Assembly (NCBI GenBank): GCA_963716725.1
Contig: CAVQUB010000006.1
Location: forward strand, 64,001 to 128,000
Length of the DNA stretch: 64,000 nucleotides
Source: an uncultured delta proteobacterium
GTDB lineage: Bacteria > Myxococcota_A > Polyangia > Polyangiales > Polyangiaceae
Direction: 5' to 3'
The notes beneath the pieces are model-generated. The model saw only the letters and a list, made by a program, of their open reading frames with translations, was not told where the DNA came from and made no database searches. The translations under genes were made by a program, and so were the position numbers. Every line of letters starts with the position of its first letter. The stretch's first letter is position 1. Shown in pieces: positions 48,016 to 57,797 of this stretch.

Positions 48016-48671
48016 GCGTCGGTCGAAACGTCTGCGCCCGCGTCCCCTACCCCAGCGTCGGCATCCGCTCCGGAATCCTGGGCATCGCTTTCGGCGTCAC
48101 CGGCATCGCTTTCGGCGTCGCCGGCATCGCTGGCGTCGTTGGGCGCGTCGACGCCCGCCTCCACCGGTGGCGACCATGGATTCACGTCGAAGCCGGCGTC
48201 AGTGCCGGTGCAGATCTCGGTGTTGGGGTTCTCCGGCAGCTTTGCTCCGGAATAGGGGACGACGCAGACCCGACCGCTGGGACCGCCGAACTCCACGAGC
48301 TCCGCCCCCCACGGGTTGCCCTTCGCCGCGAGGTTCTCGCACGAATAGCCGCCACGACAGTCTCCGTTGCCCTCGCAGCTGCGGAGGCAGAAGGTGCGGC
48401 GCAGGCGGGGCTCTTCCTGAGGGTCGCGGCAGACCAGGCTGTCGGAGGTGTAAAAGGCGATGCACACCGCCTCTTCGGGGCAAGTCCCCGGCTCGCAGTT
48501 GAAGATGGTGCAGTAGCCGCCCGGCTGCGTCGAGTCGCAGAGGCGGTCACCGACGTTGGAGCAATCGGTCGAGACGGAGCACTCGTCGCCGATCTCGGGC
48601 TTGCAGCCGAGGACGGCCAGCGCCGAGACCAAGGCGAGCATGGCCCACCGATCGAAGTCCTGCCGTAGCAT
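48012..48671 (-). CDS. Cys-rich lipoprotein with acidic repeat tail
   Basis: Lipobox LGC, CDSTQPGGYCT, DAGDAES repeats. Confidence 0.75.
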   Translation of the reverse strand: MLRQDFDRWAMLALVSALAVLGCKPEIGDECSVSTDCSNVGDRLCDSTQPGGYCTIFNCEPGTCPEEAVCIAFYTSDSLVCRDPQEEPRLRRTFCLRSCEGNGDCRGGYSCENLAAKGNPWGAELVEFGGPSGRVCVVPYSGAKLPENPNTEICTGTDAGFDVNPWSPPVEAGVDAPNDASDAGDAESDAGDAESDAQDSGADADAGVGDAGADVSTDA

Positions 48672-48794
48672 GAGAGCGCGCGGACTCTAGCCGGCGTAGG
48701 GGAAAAGTCACGACGAAACGCCGGCGGGGCGCGGCGTCCGAGGTTCCATCGGCCCCAAATCGGCTCTATGAGCGGATCCGGCTCGCTCTCGGTC

Positions 48795-49100
48795 ATGGCC
48801 ACGTACATCAGCATGGACTGCATCAACTGCGGCGCTTGCGAGCGCGAGTGTCCAAACGACGCCATCGGACCGGGCGACGAGGTCTTCGAGATCGACCCGA
48901 ACGCCTGCACCGAGTGCGTGGGGTACTTCCCCCGCGAGGCCTGCCAAGAAGTGTGTCCGGTCAGGTGTTGCCTGCCCGATCCGCGCCGCGACGAGCCCGA
49001 GTCGGTGCTGCTCGCGCGAGCGCTCCGGCTGCGCCCGAACGACGCCGAGCTGGAGGCTCGGGTCGAGCGCGGCGATTTTCCATCTCGGTTCCGATGCTGA
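48795..49100 (+). CDS. YfhL-type 2[4Fe-4S] ferredoxin
   Basis: CINCGACERECP and CTECVG...CQEVCP. Confidence 0.92.
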   Translation: MATYISMDCINCGACERECPNDAIGPGDEVFEIDPNACTECVGYFPREACQEVCPVRCCLPDPRRDEPESVLLARALRLRPNDAELEARVERGDFPSRFRC

Positions 49101-49951
49101 AGTCCGTGCAAATAGTCTGCGGCGCTGCCCTGGGGCTCGCCGGCTGCGGCGGCGGCGCTCCGCTCCTGCACCCGGTGCACCCACTCGCGCCGGAGCACGT
49201 CGCCATGGGCGCCGGCGTGAGCACGCAGATCGTGGCCGGCGACGCGGCCGCTGTCATCGACGACGCCCGCGAGGCGATGAGCGACGGCGCCATCGACTCG
49301 AACGCAGAGCGACATCGCTTCGTGAAAGGCGCACTCGCGTACAGTCTGCTCGCGCCCGGTCTCGCGCCGTGGGTCGGCGCCCGAGTCGGGATCGGTCATT
49401 CGGCGGAGGCCGGCGTGACCTACACGGCCCGCGCCGTGCGCATCGACGGACGCTATGCGCTGACAGACGACGCCTTCGCGCTGAGCGGCGGGCTCGGCGC
49501 GAGCGGCGTCCTCGCGCGCCCCGGCTCGGATCCGCCCGGGGAGCTCCGCGGTGACCGCGACGAGAAGATCCCCGGGCTCGATCTGGGCGGCGTGTCCGGC
49601 TTCGGGATGGACCTGCCCCTGTTGGCGGGCTGGCGTAGCCCCTCGAACCTCTGGCAGGTCTGGCTGGGGGCGCGGGGGGGATTCGAGCGGCTCCGGGGCA
49701 CCGCGGTCCTTCAGGTCGACGTCGATCCGAGCGTCAGCGACGAGGCTCGCTTCGAGGCTTCGCGTTGGTACGCCCTGGGAGTGGTGGGTTTCGGCGTGAG
49801 CCTCCACCCTGTCACGGTGGCCCTCGAGATCGACGCGGGGTACCAGCACGGCAGCGGGCTGGTGATGTTGGACAGCGGCCGACAGGATGGCTCGCTCGAC
49901 GGAATCAGCGTCACGCCGGGCGTCGCGGTGATCCTGAACCTATGGAAGTGA
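49094..49951 (+). CDS. Hypothetical lipoprotein/outer-membrane protein
   Basis: Lipobox LAGC and beta-strand-rich body. Confidence 0.7.
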   Translation: MLKSVQIVCGAALGLAGCGGGAPLLHPVHPLAPEHVAMGAGVSTQIVAGDAAAVIDDAREAMSDGAIDSNAERHRFVKGALAYSLLAPGLAPWVGARVGIGHSAEAGVTYTARAVRIDGRYALTDDAFALSGGLGASGVLARPGSDPPGELRGDRDEKIPGLDLGGVSGFGMDLPLLAGWRSPSNLWQVWLGARGGFERLRGTAVLQVDVDPSVSDEARFEASRWYALGVVGFGVSLHPVTVALEIDAGYQHGSGLVMLDSGRQDGSLDGISVTPGVAVILNLWK

Positions 49952-50042
49952 AGCTATAATCTCGGAAGATCTCGGCCACTTGCCTGGGCTGGGCGGGGCC
50001 GACCGGCTTGCTCGCTCCCGGAGCAGGCCCTAGGATAGCCCC

Positions 50043-50918
50043 GTGAACCCGGTCGCCGGTCGGTCCAGTGTATTCGCGCTCATTGGCGCCCTCGCCCTCG
50101 GGTGCTCGGCCGAGGTCGACAGCTACGCCACGGATGCGGACACCGCTTCGAGCGCGCACGCACTGGTCACGGTACAGCGCTGGGTGAGCGTGGACGGAAC
50201 AGCTGCCCGCGCTGACGTGCTCGCCGGTTTCGTGCGGGTGCCCGCCGACGTCGAGTCCCGCCCCATCTACGAACTGATCGGCCTGCGCTCCGCGATCCCG
50301 CCCGTCGGGCAGTGCCGAGACAAGAACCTGGCGCCCGAGTCGGTGCCGTCCACGACCGGCATCGGCCAGATCGAGTTGCTCGAAGCCGGCGAGGTCTGGG
50401 TCGGCGCGGCGGGGACAGAAGCCACGCTCGCCCCCCACGCATTCCCCACCGTCACGGATCAAATCTCCGGCGTGCTCTACGCCTCTCGCGGTCGGTCGGC
50501 TTCGGCGTTTCCTGCCGCGAGCCAGTATGCGGTGCGTACCGCCGGCGGACCGTCGATCCCGAGTATCAGCATCACGCGCGAGGCGCCGCTCGAGCTCGAC
50601 ACGGTCACCGTGGGTGGCATGGCACTGGGCGAGGTCAAAGAGATCGGTGTCGGTTCTCCCATCGACGTGACCTGGGGCGTCGGCGCGAGCGGCGACGTCG
50701 TCATCGCGGAGCTCGCGACCGCCGATCGCGTGATCGCCTGCGCCTTCCGCGACGACATGGGCTCGGGCACCATTCCCGCGGGCCGCCTCGACAAGTCCGG
50801 CGCCGGTCGGTTCTCGCTCCAACGGATCCGTACGGCTTCGTTCCGCACCCACGAGATCGACTTCGGCGAACTTACGTTCCAGTTCGAGCTCGGGACCAGC
50901 GTCACCTTCAAGCCTTGA
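50043..50918 (+). CDS. Hypothetical lipoprotein
   Basis: Lipobox LGC, 291 aa. Confidence 0.7.
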   Translation: MNPVAGRSSVFALIGALALGCSAEVDSYATDADTASSAHALVTVQRWVSVDGTAARADVLAGFVRVPADVESRPIYELIGLRSAIPPVGQCRDKNLAPESVPSTTGIGQIELLEAGEVWVGAAGTEATLAPHAFPTVTDQISGVLYASRGRSASAFPAASQYAVRTAGGPSIPSISITREAPLELDTVTVGGMALGEVKEIGVGSPIDVTWGVGASGDVVIAELATADRVIACAFRDDMGSGTIPAGRLDKSGAGRFSLQRIRTASFRTHEIDFGELTFQFELGTSVTFKP

Positions 50919-50929
50919 ATCGGCGCCAC

Positions 50930-51622
50930 ATGATTCGGATCTGGGCGCGACGTGTCACGAGCTTCTTCGCGCTCGGCGTCTGCCTGCTCGGCCTGTCCGT
51001 CGACGCCGCCGCCAAGCCCAAAGGCAAGACCAAGGCGCGAGCGACAGGAGCGGCGTACCGAGCGCAGGTCGAGAAGTGGCACGCCGCACCGGAAGGGGCC
51101 CAGGCTCCCGCCGACGCCGCCGGCCGCCCGCGCCTCGTGCTCGAGAACATCAATACTGGCGAACGCGTCGAGCTCGACGCGAGCTCGGATCAGGGCGGCT
51201 TCGCGCCGGACGCACTCGCCCGCGCTGCGACGCTGCTCCGAGACTCGGGCAAGAACCGCGAGCAGGCCATGGATGCTGCGCTGCTCGACCTGCTGTACCG
51301 CTTGCAACGGCACTTCGACGCGCCCTGCGTGCGGGTGATCAGCGCCTACCGTGCGGGCGGCAAGTCGCAACACGCCCGTGGGCGCGCCGCCGACATCGTC
51401 ATCCCCGGCGTCCCGGACGACAAGCTCGCGGCCGTGGCCCGCTCCCTCGGTGGCACCGGCGTCGGGCTCTATCCTCGCAGCGGCTTCGTGCACGTCGACG
51501 TGCGCGAACACGCTCACTATTGGGTGGACTCGAGCGGTCCCGGCGCGCCTGAGCGAAAGCGCGTTCGCAAGAAGCCAACGAAACGCCAGACCAGCCGCGC
51601 CTCGCGCCCCAAGAAGAAATGA
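50930..51622 (+). CDS. YcbK/DUF882 (M15A) peptidoglycan peptidase
   Basis: VISAYR, SQHARGRAADI, GVGLYPRSGFVHVDVR. Confidence 0.87.
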   Translation: MIRIWARRVTSFFALGVCLLGLSVDAAAKPKGKTKARATGAAYRAQVEKWHAAPEGAQAPADAAGRPRLVLENINTGERVELDASSDQGGFAPDALARAATLLRDSGKNREQAMDAALLDLLYRLQRHFDAPCVRVISAYRAGGKSQHARGRAADIVIPGVPDDKLAAVARSLGGTGVGLYPRSGFVHVDVREHAHYWVDSSGPGAPERKRVRKKPTKRQTSRASRPKKK

Positions 51623-53538
51623 CGACCCGCGCGGCCGTCGCCGAGCTCGAAGCCCAAGACCGGCTCGACGAGGCTGCGGAGCTGGCGGAAACCCTGGACG
51701 ATCACCAGCAGGCAGCGCGTCTCTGGGAGCGCGCGTGTCGATTCGATCGGGCGGCGCTATCGGCTCTGGCCGCCGGCGACGCGGCCCGCGCCCTCGAGCA
51801 CGCGGTGCGCTCGGGCGACCTCGAGCTCGAAGCTCGCACCAGCGCCGAGCTCGCGAACTCGCCGCGTGAAGCGGGGTTGGTCGCCGCGCGGCTCGGCGAT
51901 CAAGGGCGATACGCCAGCGCTGCCCGACTGTGGCTAGCCCTCGGCGAAGCCGGCGCCGCTGCCACGGCCTTCGAGCGCGCCGGAGCCTGGCTCGACGCGG
52001 CCAGGGCACACCGCGCGGCGTCGGACCCGCGACGCGCGGCGCGCTGCCTCGAGCAGGCCGTCGAGAGCAGCGAGTCGGGCTTCGAGGCCCACGTGCTGCT
52101 CGGCGAGATCTACATCGAGCACTCGCGTTACGACGCCGCGATCCGCGTGCTGCAGAAGATCCCGAATGGCGCGCCAGCTCGGGCGCGCGCGCTTCCGATG
52201 CTGGTTCGCGCCCTAGAAGCTCTCGGCCTCGCGGACGGCGTGCGGGAGCTTCAGCCCGAACTCGCGACACTCGGCCTCGAACCATCGCCTAGCGCGATGC
52301 TGCCGACTCTAGAGCCGACCGGCGCGGTCTTGTTTGGCCGCTACCGAGTGGTCGCGGACGTCGCGCGCACTGCCACCGCACGCGTCGTGCGCGCGCTCGA
52401 CCAGGTGGGCGGCGGAGACGTCGCGGTGAAGCTGTTCTCCGCGGCGGCGCTGCGCGACTCGGGCCGCGACGCTCTCGCTCGCTTCGAGCGCGAAGCCGTC
52501 GCACTGGGCAAGCTACGCCATCCCGCCATCGTTCCGCTCCGGGGCTACTTCCCCGAAGGTCCGGCCGTGGTGCTCGAGTGGATGGCCGGCGGGTCGCTGG
52601 CGGATCTGCTCGAACGAGGCACAATCTCACCGGCGCGGGCCGCCGAGATCGCCTGTGCCGTGCTCGGCGCGCTCTCCGAGGCCCACCGTCGCGGGATCCT
52701 GCATCGCGACATCAAGCCGGCCAACGTGCTCTTCGATGCTGCCGGGGCGGCGCACCTGGCGGACTTCGGCACCGCGCACGTCGCGGACGCGGCCGCCACC
52801 GTCACGGCGGGCGTGATCGGCACGCTGGCCTACATGGCGCCCGAACAGCGCGCGGGCGCCGCCGCCAACGCTCGGAGCGACATCTACGGAGTGGGAGCGC
52901 TGCTGTGGCACGCGCTCACTGACGCTCCGCCGGCGAATGCAGCGCCCTTCCTCTCGGGCGATCTGAGCGAGCCAGCGCGCGCCCTCGCGCGCCGCTTGAT
53001 CGGCGCCGAATCGGGTCGCCCCGAGAGCGCCGTCGACGCACGCGATCTGATCTTGGCGCTGACTTGGCCGACGCAACAGCCCGCCCGTCCGTCGACCGGC
53101 GGTCCGCCGAGCTCGCGACGCGCGTCGAGCCGCGACGGCAGGTTGACTCTACTCGACGGCGCTCGGCATGCGGACGCTTGGCTCGCGCGTCAGGTCTTGG
53201 TGCTGCCGCTGTCCTCCGAAGCGGCGGTCCGAGCCCGCGCCTTCGCGAGAGCTTCGCACCGGGCCCTGGCGCCCGTGCTCTGCGTTCGACCCGACGAGGA
53301 CGCGATCTGGGTCGAGGCGGTCAGCGGTTTGCCGGCCACCGCCCTCGACCCTCGAGAGCTCGCCGAGCTCCGCGGAGCCCTCGCGGCGCTGCACCGCGCC
53401 GGCGGTCGTCATGGCGCGGTCGACGCGGCCCACGTCATCCGGCGCGGCGGCGAGACGCTACTGGCATTTCCCCTGGCGCCGAACGACGCCGTGCCCGACG
53501 CGGACTTCGTGAACCTCGACGCGCTCGCGAGGGTCTGA
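51619..53538 (+). CDS. TPR-containing Ser/Thr protein kinase
   Basis: TPR-like N-terminus; VAVK, HRDIKPAN, DFG, YMAPE; the Gly-loop is degenerate (ARTATARV). Confidence 0.87.
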   Translation: MTTRAAVAELEAQDRLDEAAELAETLDDHQQAARLWERACRFDRAALSALAAGDAARALEHAVRSGDLELEARTSAELANSPREAGLVAARLGDQGRYASAARLWLALGEAGAAATAFERAGAWLDAARAHRAASDPRRAARCLEQAVESSESGFEAHVLLGEIYIEHSRYDAAIRVLQKIPNGAPARARALPMLVRALEALGLADGVRELQPELATLGLEPSPSAMLPTLEPTGAVLFGRYRVVADVARTATARVVRALDQVGGGDVAVKLFSAAALRDSGRDALARFEREAVALGKLRHPAIVPLRGYFPEGPAVVLEWMAGGSLADLLERGTISPARAAEIACAVLGALSEAHRRGILHRDIKPANVLFDAAGAAHLADFGTAHVADAAATVTAGVIGTLAYMAPEQRAGAAANARSDIYGVGALLWHALTDAPPANAAPFLSGDLSEPARALARRLIGAESGRPESAVDARDLILALTWPTQQPARPSTGGPPSSRRASSRDGRLTLLDGARHADAWLARQVLVLPLSSEAAVRARAFARASHRALAPVLCVRPDEDAIWVEAVSGLPATALDPRELAELRGALAALHRAGGRHGAVDAAHVIRRGGETLLAFPLAPNDAVPDADFVNLDALARV

Positions 53539-53609
53539 CCCAGCTCAGCGCCAGTGCACGCGGCCACCCTCGCTTTCCATCCTCCGGAGAGATGTTCTAA
53601 CCTCGTGGC

Positions 53610-54740
53610 GTGCCCACCCATCGTGTGTATTGCGTGCCCGGCATGTTCGGCTTCGGGCAGCTCGCGGGCTACGACTACTTCCGCCACGTCCGGGTGGCCC
53701 TCGAACGCCGCTTCGCCGATGCGGGAGTGAAACTGGTCACGGAGGTCGTGCCGACACCGCCGACTTCGTCGCTGCGGCATCGCGCGCGCATCCTCGCCAA
53801 GGCCATCCAACTCAACGCCGGCAGTGAGGGACCGATTCACCTGATCGGGCACTCGACGGGCGGACTCGACGTGCGTCTGGTGCTCTCTCCCACCATCGAT
53901 CTGAAGAGCGACGCAGAGCGGCTGCGTTGGCGCCCACGGGTGGTCAGCGCGGTGTCGTTCAACGCGCCGCACTACGGCACACCCCTGGCGAGCTATTTCG
54001 CCACCGTGTCTGGGACGCGGGTGCTGTACGCGCTGTCGCTGCTCACCGTGGTATCGCTCAGCGTCGGCGAGCCGGGCTTGGCAGTCTTCTCCAGGCTCCT
54101 GGCTGCCCTCGGCGGCGTCGAGCAGCTCTTCGGTGGGGACTCGCGGCTGATCAGCGGCGCGACGGATCTGATCTTGCGGTTTGCGGACAAGAGCGGACGT
54201 GGGGAAATTTCGGGCTTCTTGGAGAAGATTAGGACTGATCAAGGCGCCATCGTCCAGATCATGCCGGAAGCGATGGACCTCTTCAACGCGACGGCCGAGG
54301 ACGATCCAACCGTCGCCTATGGCTGCGTGGTCACCGCGGCGCCCGCCCCGCGCGCCGTGCGCTTTGCCAAGCGAGTCCGCTCGCCCTACGCGGCGCTCAC
54401 GGCCGCGATGTACTCGACGCTGTATCAGTTCACGAGCCAGCGTCGCAAGATGTACCCATACGCGCTGCCCTCCCCCGAGCAAGAGGCCGCCCTGCGAGAG
54501 GGCATCCGCGGCTCAGTCGACGACGAGATCAACGACGGCATCGTGCCCACTCTGAGCCAGCTCTGGGGCGATCTGATCTGGTGTGGCGACGGCGATCATT
54601 TGGATGTCCTCGGACATTTCCACGATGACGGCACGCCGACCGACCACGTGGACTGGATGACCAGCGGCGCGCACTTCGATCGGCAGCGCTTTTCTGCCGT
54701 GATGGACGCGGTCGCAAGCTTTCAGCTCGCCGCCAGGTGA
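53610..54740 (+). CDS. Lipase/esterase (alpha/beta hydrolase)
   Basis: PGMFGF, GHSTGG, PHYGTP, NDGIVP, DHLD. Confidence 0.87.
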   Translation: MPTHRVYCVPGMFGFGQLAGYDYFRHVRVALERRFADAGVKLVTEVVPTPPTSSLRHRARILAKAIQLNAGSEGPIHLIGHSTGGLDVRLVLSPTIDLKSDAERLRWRPRVVSAVSFNAPHYGTPLASYFATVSGTRVLYALSLLTVVSLSVGEPGLAVFSRLLAALGGVEQLFGGDSRLISGATDLILRFADKSGRGEISGFLEKIRTDQGAIVQIMPEAMDLFNATAEDDPTVAYGCVVTAAPAPRAVRFAKRVRSPYAALTAAMYSTLYQFTSQRRKMYPYALPSPEQEAALREGIRGSVDDEINDGIVPTLSQLWGDLIWCGDGDHLDVLGHFHDDGTPTDHVDWMTSGAHFDRQRFSAVMDAVASFQLAAR

Positions 54741-54792
54741 CAGCGGCGCGCGCGGGGGGTATCGTTCGAGATCACTCTTGATGAGGTGCGAC

Positions 54793-55611
54793 ATGAACAA
54801 GACTTGGCTTGGGTTGGGCGTGATGCTGCTACTCGTTGCTCCGACCGCATGCGGTTCGGATGACGGTGACTCCGGCGGAACTGGCGGCTCCAGCACCGGT
54901 GGCTCCAGCACCGGTGGCTCCAGCACCGGTGGCTCCAGCACCGGTGGCTCCAGCACCGGTGGCTCCAGCACCGGCGGCTCCAGCACCGGCGGCTCCAGCA
55001 CCGGTGGCTCCAGCACCGGCGGCAGCGCGGGGGCCGGTGGTTCGTCGGGCGCAGGCGGAAGCGGCGGCACCAGCGCAGGCGGCACCAGCGCAGGCGGCAC
55101 CAGCGCAGGCGGCAGCGGCGGCACCAACGCAGGCGGCACCAGCGCAGGCGGAAGCGGCGGCACCAGCGCAGGCGGCAGCGGCGGCACCAGCGCAGGCGGC
55201 ACCAGCGCAGGCGGCACCAGCGCAGGCGGCAGCGGCGGCACCAGCGCAGGCGGCAGCGGCGGCACCAGCGCAGGCGGCAGCGGCGGCACCAGCGCAGTGG
55301 ACTGCAAGGCGCTGGAGGTGGATTACGCCAAGGCGCTGGCCAAAGCCAAGAGCTGCAGTCTGGCGGGGCCCACGCCCGCGAAACAATGCGGCTTGCAGGT
55401 GGACAACAAGCTGGCTTGCGCCTGCCCGACCTACGCGGACCCGGGCAACACCGCCGCCGTGAAGGAACTCGCAATTCTGAAGAGCTCGTGGCTCCAGAAC
55501 AAGTGCGACGTCGGCGTGAACTGCCCGAAGATCCTCTGTCCGCAGCCGACTGGCGGCAAGTGCAGCGCCTCCAGCGGATCGTTGAGCGGCAGCTGCGTCG
55601 ACGTGCCCTGA
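54793..55611 (+). CDS. Lipoprotein with Gly/Ser/Thr tandem-repeat stalk and Cys-rich head
   Basis: GAGGT SD, lipobox TAC, GGSST x9 then GGTSA repeats, 10-Cys C-terminal domain. Confidence 0.8.
   Translation: MNKTWLGLGVMLLLVAPTACGSDDGDSGGTGGSSTGGSSTGGSSTGGSSTGGSSTGGSSTGGSSTGGSSTGGSSTGGSAGAGGSSGAGGSGGTSAGGTSAGGTSAGGSGGTNAGGTSAGGSGGTSAGGSGGTSAGGTSAGGTSAGGSGGTSAGGSGGTSAGGSGGTSAVDCKALEVDYAKALAKAKSCSLAGPTPAKQCGLQVDNKLACACPTYADPGNTAAVKELAILKSSWLQNKCDVGVNCPKILCPQPTGGKCSASSGSLSGSCVDVP
54886..55295 (+). repeat. Coding tandem repeats (15-bp units)
   Basis: GGCTCCAGCACCGGY x9 (54886-55020), then GGCACCAGCGCAGGC units interleaved with 9-bp GGS units. Confidence 0.9.
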
Positions 55612-55621
55612 ACCCCCGCGC

Positions 55622-56152
55622 TCAGCGCGGGGCGCGAGCCGTGCGCCCATCGCTCACGGCTTTCGCCTCGGGCTCGGCCGGCGGACTCACGATCCGAAAC
55701 ACCAGATCGCGTTCTGTTCCACCGCGCGCGTAGCGGACGCGGAGTTCGGTCGCCTTCTTCAGCGACTGGAACGCCTCGTAGGCCTGCGTTTCGCGCTCAA
55801 TGGGCAGGCCGTTCACGCTGAGCACGACGTCGCCTGGGCGCAGATCCACGCCCTGCCAGAACTCCGGTGGCCGGAGTCGGACCACACGAAAACCTCGAAA
55901 GCGTCCCGCTTCGACCGCCGGCTCGACCTCGACGCGCTGCAAGAACCAACCGAGCCCCGCGTCGACGGTGGCGTGGACTTCATCACGCCACAGCGATCCG
56001 GTCGGCGGCGCTGGCCGTGCCGGCTCGGAGTTCATCGCGTCGTCCTCATCGCTCTCGGCGAGCACCTCGCTCGCGGGGAAGTCGGCTTCGGACTCGCGCC
56101 CCGCGCAGGCGGCCAGGGGCAGAAGAATCGAGAGAAGGAACGCGGCTTTCAC
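55622..56152 (-). CDS. PDZ-domain lipoprotein (GspC-PDZ-like)
   Basis: Lipobox LAAC, GFRV, LRPGDVVLSVNG. Confidence 0.8.
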   Translation of the reverse strand: MKAAFLLSILLPLAACAGRESEADFPASEVLAESDEDDAMNSEPARPAPPTGSLWRDEVHATVDAGLGWFLQRVEVEPAVEAGRFRGFRVVRLRPPEFWQGVDLRPGDVVLSVNGLPIERETQAYEAFQSLKKATELRVRYARGGTERDLVFRIVSPPAEPEAKAVSDGRTARAPR

Positions 56153-56201
56153 CCTCGGAATATGGGCCGGGCCCGGGCAGCTGGGCAAATTCCGGCGCTC
56201 A

Positions 56202-56345
56202 AGAGCTGTCGAAAATTCGACAGCTCTTTCACTTTGTCATCGGGGAGGCACGCGCCTCCCCGCCCCACCGAAGTGAATTCGTTGGGGCCCCACCCCACGC
56301 GGGCCGGCTCCGCCGGCCTGCGCTCCGCCATTCTTCGACAGACCT
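56202..56345 (-). mobile_element. MITE copy 3 (144 bp; 35-bp internal deletion)
   Basis: Same ends as copies 1 and 2; TCA at 56199-56201 and 56346-56348. Confidence 0.8.
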
Positions 56346-56391
56346 TCAGCCCCCCCCGAGCCGCCGCCAAAACGCGTGTAGACTCGGGCGC

Positions 56392-57258
56392 ATGTGGCGT
56401 CGGGCTGGGGTCCTGCTGCTGTCCGCGATGGGGGTCGGCTGCGGCGCGCCCACCGAGGTCGAGAACCTCCCTTACGACACCCGCTACGGCGACTCGACCA
56501 AGCTCGACCTCTACTTGCCGAACGAGTCGGGTCCGCAGCCCACCATCATGTTGATCCACGGCGGGGCCTGGCGCTGGGGCGACAAGCGACACTTCGACAA
56601 CGCTGCCCGTCGCTTTGCACGCTCGGGCTACGTGGCCGCGAGCATCAACTACCGGTTGGTGCCCGAAGGCGCTTTCCCGAACGCGCCCCGGGACACCGCC
56701 TGTGCCCTGGCCTTCCTGCAGAAGAACGCTGACCAGTACGGGATCGATCCCAAGCGCATCGCGGTCATGGGCTACTCGGCGGGCGGCCATCTCGCATCGC
56801 TGCTCGGTGTGGCCTACGACGAAGACAGCATCGCCCCGGACTGCGACTCGGGCCGACCGGAGCGCCCCGCAGCCGTGATCCCCGGCGCCGGCGCCCACGA
56901 TTTGCGAGAGCGCGCCGACGCCAAATGGATTCAGGAGTTCATGGGAGGAACGCTGGAGGAGCTGCCCGACGAGTACGCAGAAGCGTCGCCCATCGCGCAG
57001 ATCGATCCGGGCGAACCGCCCTTCTTGCTCGTGAGTGGCGGAGGAGACTGGATCGGCGCGGAGGGGCAAGCGCGCTGGATGCGGGACGCCCTACGCGCGG
57101 TCGGCACCGAGGCCGACGAGCTCCGGCTTGCTGGCGGCGGGCACCTGCTGCAGCCCGGCGCCGATCCCGGGGAGCTTCAGCTCGAGGTGCTGCTCGAGAC
57201 GCCCGAGGCCTGGCTCGTCATCGCGGACTTCCTGGCACGCCAGATCGGTGAGCCGTGA
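56392..57258 (+). CDS. HSL-family alpha/beta hydrolase lipoprotein
   Basis: Lipobox VGC, IHGGAW, NYRL, GYSAGG. Confidence 0.88.
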   Translation: MWRRAGVLLLSAMGVGCGAPTEVENLPYDTRYGDSTKLDLYLPNESGPQPTIMLIHGGAWRWGDKRHFDNAARRFARSGYVAASINYRLVPEGAFPNAPRDTACALAFLQKNADQYGIDPKRIAVMGYSAGGHLASLLGVAYDEDSIAPDCDSGRPERPAAVIPGAGAHDLRERADAKWIQEFMGGTLEELPDEYAEASPIAQIDPGEPPFLLVSGGGDWIGAEGQARWMRDALRAVGTEADELRLAGGGHLLQPGADPGELQLEVLLETPEAWLVIADFLARQIGEP

Positions 57259-57797
57259 AGCGCTGGGGCGTCGTTGCGCTCGTGCTCCTCACTTCGGCCC
57301 AGGCGCGGGCCGAGCCGCTGGGCAAAAGGAATGCGATCTCTCACAAGCCCTTCGCGCTCGCGTCGAGCGGCGTCGTCGTGCAGTACGAGCGCTACCTCGC
57401 CGCTCACTGGAGCGCCCTCGCTGGGCTTGGCGCGCGGCGCGCGGCACGGGAGGACTTCCGCTCGACAACGCTGAGCTTCGTCAGCGAAGGTCGATATTGG
57501 TTCACGCGGCGCGACTGGGCGTCGGGCACCACCGGCATGGCGGGGCCCTACCTGTCCTTCGCAGCAGACGCGGCGCGCACCTCCGTCACCCACGTTGTCC
57601 TGGACCGCCACGTTGGCGCGTCTTGGCGCATCCAGGAGTCAGCGCGCTTCGGCAACCGCTTCGTGATCTGGGGCCTGCAAGAGATCACGCCCGCCGCGTC
57701 GCTCGACATCATGCACGACTTCGACGAAAAGGGGCGCCTCGCCCCCAACACTCGGGCCACGGTCGGGCTGGACCTCACGGTGGGCTGGGTGTTTTGA
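57255..57797 (+). CDS. Small outer-membrane beta-barrel-like protein
   Basis: Signal peptide, alternating beta pattern, C-terminal VGWVF. Confidence 0.7.
   Translation: MKRWGVVALVLLTSAQARAEPLGKRNAISHKPFALASSGVVVQYERYLAAHWSALAGLGARRAAREDFRSTTLSFVSEGRYWFTRRDWASGTTGMAGPYLSFAADAARTSVTHVVLDRHVGASWRIQESARFGNRFVIWGLQEITPAASLDIMHDFDEKGRLAPNTRATVGLDLTVGWVF

Noticed and set aside
54886..55295. CRISPR-like array
   Set aside because: Contiguous in-frame coding repeats with no unique spacers and no cas genes.
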